DNA from: an uncultured Bacteroides sp.
GTDB lineage: Bacteria; Bacteroidota; Bacteroidia; Bacteroidales; JACABE01
Direction of reading: 5' to 3'
NCBI GenBank assembly: GCA_964496885.1
Contig: CAZCBG010000008.1
Span: 4,354-68,353 of the forward strand
DNA: 64,000 nt
Shown one piece after another: positions 56,391-64,000 of this stretch; the first letter of the stretch is position 1; every line of letters starts with the position of its first letter. Position numbers and translations under genes: made by a program. The notes below the pieces were generated by a model. That model ran no database searches and was not told the DNA's origin. It saw only the letters and a program-made list of their open reading frames with translations.

Positions 56391-57734
56391 ATGCCTACAA
56401 AAAATATCGTAGTTCTTGGAGCTGGTGAAAGCGGAGTAGGCGCTGCGATACTTGCAAAAAAAAAAGGCTATGATATTTTTGTTTCTGACGTTGGAAAAAT
56501 TAAAGAAAAATACAAGAATGTTCTTTTACAATATGAAATAAATTTTGAGGAAGGGAAACATACAACATCGCTTATTTTACAAGCAGATGAAGTGATAAAA
56601 AGCCCAGGTATCCCTGATAAAGTAGCAATTATTAGCGCAATTGAAAACAAGGGAATCCCTGTGATTGACGAACTTGAATTTGCTGCCCGTTTTACAAATG
56701 CTATAAAAATCTGTGTAACTGGCAGTAATGGAAAAACTACTACTACATTATTAATCTATCACATTTTAAAGAATGCAGGTTTCAATGTAGGTTTAGGTGG
56801 AAATATCGGTCAGAGTTTTGCACTAAAAGTTGCAGAAAACGATTTTGATTATTATGTATTAGAAGTAAGTAGTTTTCAATTGGATCACATGTATGATTTT
56901 AAGGCTGAAATTGCCATACTAACAAATATTACACCTGATCATTTAGATAGATATCATGATCAATTTGAGAATTATATAAAATCTAAATTCAGAATAATAA
57001 AAAATCAAACTTCAAATGATGCATTTATTTATTGTGCAGATGACCAGACAACAATCAAGCATCTGGATAACTATAAAATTGCAGCCAAAAAGTATTCTTT
57101 TTCCAACCTCAAAACTATTTCGGGAGAAGGTGCATATTTAAAAGATAAAGAAATAATACTCACTATAAATACAAAAAAAATTACTATGGAAATTGAAACA
57201 TTGGCATTGCAGGGACGTCATAATATATACAACTCAATGGCGGCAGGAGTGGCTTCAAAAATCTTGAATGTCCGCAAGAGTATTATTAAAAACAGCCTAG
57301 CAAACATGGAAAATATTGAGCACAGGCTTGAGTTTATTGCTAAGGTTCATGGCATAGAATTTATCAATGATTCTAAAGCAACCAATGTCAATTCCACCTG
57401 GTATGCATTGGAATGTATGACAAAACCAACCGTCTGGATAGTGGGTGGTGAAGATAATGGCAACGATTACAGTAGCCTCAGACAATTGGTTAAGTCAAAG
57501 GTAAAAGCCATTGTTTGTCTGGGTATTGATAATTCAAAAATTATTCAGGCCTTTTCTGATATTGTTCCAATCATTGTTGAAACAACAACAGCAAAAGCTG
57601 CCGTTGATAATGCCTATCATTTGTCCGAATCAGAAGATGTTGTTTTATTATCTCCTTGTTGTAAAAGTTTTGATTTATTTGAAAATTATGAAGACAGAGG
57701 TCTACAATTTAAAAATGCAGTCAACGAATTATAA
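56391..57734 (+). CDS. murD: UDP-MurNAc-L-Ala-D-Glu ligase MurD
   Basis: GAGESG, TGSNGKTT, EVSSFQL, NDSKATN. Confidence 0.97.
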   Translation: MPTKNIVVLGAGESGVGAAILAKKKGYDIFVSDVGKIKEKYKNVLLQYEINFEEGKHTTSLILQADEVIKSPGIPDKVAIISAIENKGIPVIDELEFAARFTNAIKICVTGSNGKTTTTLLIYHILKNAGFNVGLGGNIGQSFALKVAENDFDYYVLEVSSFQLDHMYDFKAEIAILTNITPDHLDRYHDQFENYIKSKFRIIKNQTSNDAFIYCADDQTTIKHLDNYKIAAKKYSFSNLKTISGEGAYLKDKEIILTINTKKITMEIETLALQGRHNIYNSMAAGVASKILNVRKSIIKNSLANMENIEHRLEFIAKVHGIEFINDSKATNVNSTWYALECMTKPTVWIVGGEDNGNDYSSLRQLVKSKVKAIVCLGIDNSKIIQAFSDIVPIIVETTTAKAAVDNAYHLSESEDVVLLSPCCKSFDLFENYEDRGLQFKNAVNEL

Positions 57735-57756
57735 TTCTTTATGATAGTTATATAAC

Positions 57757-58950
57757 ATGGGAAACATATTAAAAAATATAAGAGGGGATAAAGTAATCTG
57801 GATAGTAGTCATTCTGCTTTCGATATTCTCATTGTTATCGGTATACAGCTCAACGGGAACCCTTGCATATAAATATCAGGGTGGAAATACAGAATATTAT
57901 ATGTTTAAACATTTTGGTATTTTAGTGTTCGGGTTTTTTCTTATGTACTTGACTCATATGATTAAATACACCTATTATTCTAGAATATCACAAATAGCGA
58001 TTGTTGTTGCAATACTTTTACTTCTTTTTACAATGGCTACAGGGACCAATATTAACGAAGCCAACCGATGGCTTACACTACCCATCGTAAATCTAACTTT
58101 TCAAACTTCAGACTTTGCCAAATTAGCTTTAATTATGTTTGTTGCTCGTTTATTGGCCTTGAAACAAGATTATATTAAAGATTTAAAAACTGCTTTTCTT
58201 CCTATCATCGGAATAATAACTCTGATTTGCGGACTGATATTACCTGCCAACTTTTCTACAGCTGCCATTTTATTTGCCACTTCTGTTATTTTGATGTTTA
58301 TTGGCAGGGTAAATCTAAAATATATCTTTTCATTAATAGGAATAGGGATTGTTGGTGCAGCTTTATTTCTGATGCTTATTTTCAATTATCCCCAGATAGG
58401 ACGTTTTGGTACCTGGAAAAATCGTATTGAAAATTTCAGAAATGGAGAAGGTGATGTCAACTATCAGGCCGATCAGGCAAAAATTGCCATTGCTGGTGGC
58501 GAAATTATTGGAAAATTTCCAGGAAATAGCACACAACGTAATTTTTTGCCTCACCCCTATTCCGACTTTATTTATGCCATCATTATCGAAGAATATGGAA
58601 TTATAGGAGGTGTATTTATTTTACTACTCTATCTTATATTACTTTATAGAGGAATGCGGATCGCAGCCCGAAGTCCTGGTAGTTTTGCCGCCTTTTTAAC
58701 CATTGGCGTCTGCCTGAATTTGGTTTTTCAGGCTGTTATCAATATGGCTGTTGCTGTTGGGATTTTCCCAGTTACCGGGCAACCACTACCTTTGGTGAGT
58801 ATGGGGGGAACATCTATATGGTTTACCAGTATTGCAATTGGCATCATGTTAAGTGTAAGTGCAGAAACAGAACCTGAAGAAACAGAAAAAATAAAAATGG
58901 GTAATACTATTACAAATGAAATTCAACCATTAACAAATACGAATATTTAG
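57757..58950 (+). CDS. ftsW: SEDS peptidoglycan polymerase FtsW
   Basis: [38 protein letters not shown]. Confidence 0.95.
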   Translation: MGNILKNIRGDKVIWIVVILLSIFSLLSVYSSTGTLAYKYQGGNTEYYMFKHFGILVFGFFLMYLTHMIKYTYYSRISQIAIVVAILLLLFTMATGTNINEANRWLTLPIVNLTFQTSDFAKLALIMFVARLLALKQDYIKDLKTAFLPIIGIITLICGLILPANFSTAAILFATSVILMFIGRVNLKYIFSLIGIGIVGAALFLMLIFNYPQIGRFGTWKNRIENFRNGEGDVNYQADQAKIAIAGGEIIGKFPGNSTQRNFLPHPYSDFIYAIIIEEYGIIGGVFILLLYLILLYRGMRIAARSPGSFAAFLTIGVCLNLVFQAVINMAVAVGIFPVTGQPLPLVSMGGTSIWFTSIAIGIMLSVSAETEPEETEKIKMGNTITNEIQPLTNTNI

Positions 58951-58952
58951 TT

Positions 58953-60047
58953 ATGAAGGTAATTATCAGCGGAGGAGGCACCGGCGGTCATATTTATCCT
59001 GCAATAGCCATCGCCAATACTTTGAGAGAAAAAGTCAAGGATATTGATATTTTATTTATTGGAGCCAAAGACAGAATGGAAATGGAAAAAGTCCCTATTG
59101 CCGGTTACCCTATAAAAGGATTGTGGATTAGTGGACTACAAAGAAAATTTACATTCAAAAATTTATTATTTCCTATTAAAATTATATCAAGCTTATTGCA
59201 AGCAAGAAAAATAATAGATGAATTTAAACCAGATGTTGTTATTGGAGTTGGGGGATATGCTAGCGGACCGACACTTAGAGCAGCCACTTTTAAAGGCATA
59301 CCTACTTTAATTCAGGAACAAAATTCCTTTCCGGGAATAACCAATAAACTCCTTGCAGCAAAAGTTAATAAAATTTGTGTAGCTTATGAAGGTATGGAAA
59401 AGTTTTTTCCTAAAAGGAAAATCATACTTACCGGAAATCCGGTCCGTCAGAACATTTTAGATTTAAATATTGAGAGAAAGCAAGCTGAAGATTTTTTTGG
59501 ATTAGATGCTAATAAAAAAACGGTGTTAGTCATCGGAGGAAGTTTAGGTGCAAAAACAATCAATGAAAGCATTAGGCCTTTGATTCAAAATTTTGTTGAT
59601 GCCGATATACAGTTAATCTGGCAAACTGGAAAATATTATTTCCCAATAGCCAGAGTAGCTACATACAAATTTGAAACAAAAGGAATTAAATCTTATGGAT
59701 TTATTGATGAAATGGATTATGCTTATGCAGCAGCTGATGTAATTGTTTCTCGAGCTGGAGCCATTGCTATTTCGGAGCTATGTATTGTTGGCAAACCTGT
59801 AATATTAATCCCTTCTCCTAATGTAGCTGAAGATCATCAAACTAAAAATGCAATAGCTTTGGTTCATAAAAATGCAGCTATTCTAGTTAAAGATATAGAT
59901 GCAATGGATCAGTTAAAAGAGAATATATTTGGTCTTTTGTTAAACAATGATTTACAACATGACTTATCTTTAAATATAAAAAAAATGGCATTTTTAGATG
60001 CAGCCGAAAAAATTGCAGAAGAGGTTATTTTGTTAGCTGGAAATTAA
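58953..60047 (+). CDS. murG: Undecaprenyl-PP-MurNAc-pentapeptide GlcNAc transferase MurG
   Basis: [26 protein letters not shown]. Confidence 0.97.
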   Translation: MKVIISGGGTGGHIYPAIAIANTLREKVKDIDILFIGAKDRMEMEKVPIAGYPIKGLWISGLQRKFTFKNLLFPIKIISSLLQARKIIDEFKPDVVIGVGGYASGPTLRAATFKGIPTLIQEQNSFPGITNKLLAAKVNKICVAYEGMEKFFPKRKIILTGNPVRQNILDLNIERKQAEDFFGLDANKKTVLVIGGSLGAKTINESIRPLIQNFVDADIQLIWQTGKYYFPIARVATYKFETKGIKSYGFIDEMDYAYAAADVIVSRAGAIAISELCIVGKPVILIPSPNVAEDHQTKNAIALVHKNAAILVKDIDAMDQLKENIFGLLLNNDLQHDLSLNIKKMAFLDAAEKIAEEVILLAGN

Positions 60048-60187
60048 TTGCAAGCAACATTATAAGTTTATTAAGTTATTTGGAAGAAGGATTTAGAAAA
60101 TGAGAAAATTAGTTAGCTTATATAAATGAATTCTTACTAATTTACAATAAGCACTTTAATAAAACGAAAGAACAGAAATACAAAAAT

Positions 60188-61540
60188 ATGAAGATTGAGA
60201 AATTAAATAGTATTTACTTCTTAGGAATTGGTGGCATAGGAATGAGCGCTCTGGCTAGGTATTACCATGCCCAAGGTGTCGAAATTCATGGTTACGACAA
60301 AACCCAAACGCCATTAACTACACAGTTGATGGCTGAAGGTATGCATATTCATTTTGAAGAAGATATAAGTTTGATTCCTCAATACATTGATTTCGTAGTT
60401 TACACCCCTGCTATTCCGTCAGAAAATATGGAACTTATTTTTTTCAGACAAAATAAGTCAACCATCTACAAACGTTCAGAGGTATTAGGTTTAATTACCC
60501 GAAATACAAAAGGAATAGGAATTGCCGGGACACATGGAAAAACAACAATTTCAACAATGTGTGCACATTTATTAAAACAATCCACTGTTGATTGCAGTGC
60601 ATTTTTAGGGGGTATTTCCAAGAACTACAGCAGTAATCTATTAATTTCAGAAAAGAGTGATTTTGTAGTAATAGAAGCCGATGAATTTGACCGTTCTTTT
60701 CTTCAGTTACATCCTTATATTGCAGTAGTAAGTTCTATAGATGCTGACCATCTTGATATTTATGGAAGCAAAGAGGAGCTAAAATTATCATTTGAAGCTT
60801 ACATTTCTCAAATCCAAAAAGGAGGAAAACTTATTGTAAAACAAGGTCTTAATCTAAAACATACAGAATGTATTGACAGCTGGACGTATTCTTTAGATGG
60901 AAATTCCGATTTTCGAGCCAACAATATCATTATCAATGAAGGATCTTATTTTTTCGATTTCGTTTATCCTAACGGTTGTTATAAAGCTATTAAAATGGGA
61001 TACCCGGGATTACATAATATTGAGAATGCTATTGCAGCAATATCCGTTGCATTTTTAACAGGGGTTAGCCAAGATGAAATCCGAAATGCTATGGCCACTT
61101 TCACGGGAGTAAAGCGAAGGTTCGATATTAGGATTAAAAATGAAAACTTGGTTTATATCGACGATTATGCACATCATCCGGCTGAATTAAAAGCATGTAT
61201 TCATTCCGTGAGGAATTTATATAAAGGTAAAAAAATAAGTGGAATTTTCCAACCTCATTTATTCAGTCGCACCAGAGATTTTGCTGATGAATTTGCTAGA
61301 AGCCTTGAATTATTGGATGAAGTGATCTTACTTGATATTTATCCGGCCCGTGAAAACCCCATAAAAGGAGTAACTTCACAAATGTTGCTGGATAAAATTA
61401 ATATAAAAGATAAATTTTTAGTTCAAAAATCAGAATTACTCGGGTTTTTGAAATCAAGAAAACTGGACGTACTTTTAACACTGGGTGCCGGAGACATTGA
61501 CCAATTTGTTGAACCCATTGAAAATATATTATTAAAATGA
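60188..61540 (+). CDS. murC: UDP-MurNAc-L-Ala ligase MurC
   Basis: GIGGIGMSALA, AGTHGKTT, EADE, DDYAHHP. Confidence 0.97.
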   Translation: MKIEKLNSIYFLGIGGIGMSALARYYHAQGVEIHGYDKTQTPLTTQLMAEGMHIHFEEDISLIPQYIDFVVYTPAIPSENMELIFFRQNKSTIYKRSEVLGLITRNTKGIGIAGTHGKTTISTMCAHLLKQSTVDCSAFLGGISKNYSSNLLISEKSDFVVIEADEFDRSFLQLHPYIAVVSSIDADHLDIYGSKEELKLSFEAYISQIQKGGKLIVKQGLNLKHTECIDSWTYSLDGNSDFRANNIIINEGSYFFDFVYPNGCYKAIKMGYPGLHNIENAIAAISVAFLTGVSQDEIRNAMATFTGVKRRFDIRIKNENLVYIDDYAHHPAELKACIHSVRNLYKGKKISGIFQPHLFSRTRDFADEFARSLELLDEVILLDIYPARENPIKGVTSQMLLDKINIKDKFLVQKSELLGFLKSRKLDVLLTLGAGDIDQFVEPIENILLK

Positions 61541-62331
61541 AGAAAATCATCATCATTTCAATCTGGGTTCTACTTGCATCAGGTTTAGTGGCAGGTTTAA
61601 TTTTCTCTGGATTATTTCATCAGCAAAGAATTTGCAAAGCCGTTGATATTCAGGTAAATTATGCTGGGGCAGATCCATTTTTTACTGTGAATGATATCAA
61701 TTCTTTCCTCATTCAGAAAAATGATTCCATCAAAGGTAAAAAAATGTCGGAAATAAACGAAAATTTAATAGAAAACAATATAAAAGAGAACCCTTATATC
61801 TTAGATGCTGATGTATTTACATCTATGGAAGGTATTTTAAAGATAAATATAACGCAACGAAAACCTATTGTTAGGATTATTAATTCAGCTAACCAACATT
61901 ATTATCTGGACAATTTAGGCGTAAAAATGCCAATTAATACAAACTATCCAGTAAATGTGGTTGTTGCATCAGGAAATATAAATTCATCTTATAACTTTTT
62001 TTCTCCAGAAAACGAACATCAAAGAAATGACACAATGAACCTGAAAAAAGATTCCATTCTATTCAGCGTTTTTAAAGTTGCAAACTATATCTCAAACAAT
62101 AACTTCTTGAAAGCTCAAATTGAGCAAATATATGTTAATGAAGATGCGGAAATTGAGTTAATACCTAAATTAGGTGAACAAACTATTATTTTTGGAAATG
62201 CAGAAAATATGGAAGTAAAATTTAATAAGTTATTGATTATCTACAAAGAGGCATTTAATAAATCAGGATGGGATCAATATAAAAAAATTAATCTCACCTT
62301 CGAGAATCAGGTAGTGTGTACAAAAAAATAA
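61537..62331 (+). CDS. ftsQ: Cell division protein FtsQ/DivIB
   Basis: N-terminal TM helix, POTRA-like region, Y..INL.FENQVVC; lies between murC and ftsA. Confidence 0.88.
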   Translation: MKKIIIISIWVLLASGLVAGLIFSGLFHQQRICKAVDIQVNYAGADPFFTVNDINSFLIQKNDSIKGKKMSEINENLIENNIKENPYILDADVFTSMEGILKINITQRKPIVRIINSANQHYYLDNLGVKMPINTNYPVNVVVASGNINSSYNFFSPENEHQRNDTMNLKKDSILFSVFKVANYISNNNFLKAQIEQIYVNEDAEIELIPKLGEQTIIFGNAENMEVKFNKLLIIYKEAFNKSGWDQYKKINLTFENQVVCTKK

Positions 62332-62370
62332 AAAATCTAGAAATTTTAATCTATTATAAATATTTAATCT

Positions 62371-63639
62371 ATGAATCAAAGTGAAATTATTGTCGGTTTA
62401 GACATTGGAACAACCAAAATAGCTGTAATTATTGGCAGAAAAGACAGCAATGGTAAAATAGAAATATTGGGTTCGGGAAAAACCGATTCAATAGGAGTAA
62501 TGAGAGGTTCTGTCATTAATATTGAGAAAACAGCTGAATCTATTTTATCAGCAGTGCAGGAAGCAAGTACAGCATCGGGTGTTGAAGTAGGTGAAGTTTA
62601 TGTAGGTATTGCAGGTCAACACATTAAGAGCCTTCAACAAAGAGGAAATATCATGCGAAATACAATAGAAGAAGAAGTTTCGCAAAAAGACCTTGATTTG
62701 CTGATAGAAAATATGCACAAATTAGTAATGAAACCAGGCGAAGAAATAATTGACGTAATTCCTCAGGAATTTATTATTGACAACGAACCCGGTATCAGAC
62801 AACCTATTGGGATGTCAGGAATTTGCCTTGAAGCCAATTTTCATATTATCACTGGACAGATTGCTTCAATTAAAAATATTATCAGAAGTGTAAAAAAAGC
62901 CAATTTAGAAGTTAAAGATTTAATATTGGAACCTTTAGCATCTGCTGAAGCTGTATTGGATGAGAGAGAAAAAGAAGCCGGTGTAGCATTGGTTGACATT
63001 GGAGGTGGAACAACTGATGTTGCAATTTTTCAGGATGGTATTATTAGACACACAGCAGTTATTCCATTAGGTGGCAATATCATAACTGAGGATGTAAAAG
63101 AAGGTTGTTCAATTATTAAAAGTCAGGCAGAAGCCTTAAAAGCTAAATTCGGTTCAGCTTTGGCAAGCGAAAACAAAGAAGAGGAAATTGTTGCCATACC
63201 AGGACTAAGAGGTCGACAACCCAAAGAAATTTCGCTTAAAAACCTTGCCAATATTATTCAAGCCCGAATGGAAGAAATCCTTGAACATGTAATGTATGAA
63301 ATTAAAAGTTCAGGTTACGAAAAGAAGCTGATTGGCGGTATCGTACTAACAGGAGGTGGTGCCATGCTTAAACATATTGCCCAGCTTTCGGAGTTTATGA
63401 CAGGAATGGATACCCGTATAGGTTATCCGAACGAACACTTATCGAGCAATTCTCCTGAAGAACTGGCCCATCCTATCTATTCAACAGGTGTTGGATTGGT
63501 GATAAAAGGGCTTGAAAGAGCTGAAAAAGAAACCGTTAAAGAAGTTAAAAATAAAAAAACGCCTAAGAAGCAAAAAACAGAATCGAATGTAAAATTTTTA
63601 GATAAATTTAAAAAATTCTTTGACGAGGAAGTAAAGTAA
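62371..63639 (+). CDS. ftsA: Cell division protein FtsA
   Basis: GLDIGTTKI, VDIGGGTTD, LTGGG. Confidence 0.97.
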   Translation: MNQSEIIVGLDIGTTKIAVIIGRKDSNGKIEILGSGKTDSIGVMRGSVINIEKTAESILSAVQEASTASGVEVGEVYVGIAGQHIKSLQQRGNIMRNTIEEEVSQKDLDLLIENMHKLVMKPGEEIIDVIPQEFIIDNEPGIRQPIGMSGICLEANFHIITGQIASIKNIIRSVKKANLEVKDLILEPLASAEAVLDEREKEAGVALVDIGGGTTDVAIFQDGIIRHTAVIPLGGNIITEDVKEGCSIIKSQAEALKAKFGSALASENKEEEIVAIPGLRGRQPKEISLKNLANIIQARMEEILEHVMYEIKSSGYEKKLIGGIVLTGGGAMLKHIAQLSEFMTGMDTRIGYPNEHLSSNSPEELAHPIYSTGVGLVIKGLERAEKETVKEVKNKKTPKKQKTESNVKFLDKFKKFFDEEVK

Positions 63640-63832
63640 TTAACAATGCATTGTTGAATAATAATTCAAATTCTTCAACATTAGATTGAATTTTATCCAT
63701 AAATTTATCGATGCTAAAAATAGTTTTCTTTTTATGTTGGTTTTACTATAAACCAATGAAATTTAAGCAAATAATAAATACTGCGATTTCTTAAAAAAAT
63801 CTCAAACATACAATATAGTAATAATAAATTTA

Positions 63833-64000
63833 ATGAGCATGCTAAAAGTTGATTTACCAAAAAATCAGTCGTCCATCATCAAAGTGATTGGAGTTGGAGG
63901 TGGCGGAAGTAACGCCGTAAACTATATGTACAATCAAGGTATTAATGGTGTTGATTTTATTATCTGCAACACCGATGCCCAGGCATTGGACGCCAGCCCT
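63833..64000 (+). CDS. ftsZ: Cell division protein FtsZ, 5' fragment (runs off the window)
   Basis: [30 protein letters not shown]...NTDAQAL. Confidence 0.95.
   Translation, partial: MSMLKVDLPKNQSSIIKVIGVGGGGSNAVNYMYNQGINGVDFIICNTDAQALDASP

Noticed and set aside
401-60047. Numerous short opposite-strand or alternative-frame ORFs in the track (e.g. 401-643, 827-1162, 14816-15097, 24424-24822, 41883-42350, 52962-53627)
   Set aside because: They lie inside well-supported genes and have no motifs. 52962-53627 is simply the antisense of the Lys-rich FtsI tail (Phe/Ser/Leu-rich mirror).
49200-64000. murF and ddl missing from the dcw cluster; long insertion in MraY
   Set aside because: This is the normal arrangement for Bacteroidota.

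Overview
AT-rich Bacteroidota (probably Bacteroidia/Bacteroidales-like) chromosomal window. Lineage is inferred from T9SS C-terminal domains, TAnnTTTG promoter elements, and a Bacteroidota-style dcw cluster lacking murF and ddl. Bases 1-36.3 kb form a coherent accessory region that appears dedicated to phosphate limitation. It holds pstSCAB-phoU, CYTH and CHAD polyphosphate-type genes, and a 1820-aa T9SS-secreted protein with three metallophosphoesterase domains. It also holds four paralogues of a secreted domain I cannot assign to a family, a SusD-less TonB-dependent receptor, a beta-helix protein with a dockerin-like tail, three tiny PIDGG-type (PID-CTERM-like) proteins plus an exosortase-family peptidase, and two GT4 glycolipid-synthase-like genes (one fused to a PHP phosphoesterase). 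Eight promoters in this region share an 11-bp-periodic WTAAYRW-like repeat in fixed phase (26 + 11n bp) with the -7 promoter element, a candidate PhoB/PhoP-type regulon. The rest of the window has an NAD-linked formate dehydrogenase operon (NuoE-like, NuoF-like, FdhA), tRNA-Asn, a PfkB kinase, EF-G2, EngB, glycine/amino-lipid acyltransferases and the dcw cluster (mraZ to partial ftsZ), where FtsI carries a long Lys-rich tail. All family calls come from visual motif recognition; no database searches were run.
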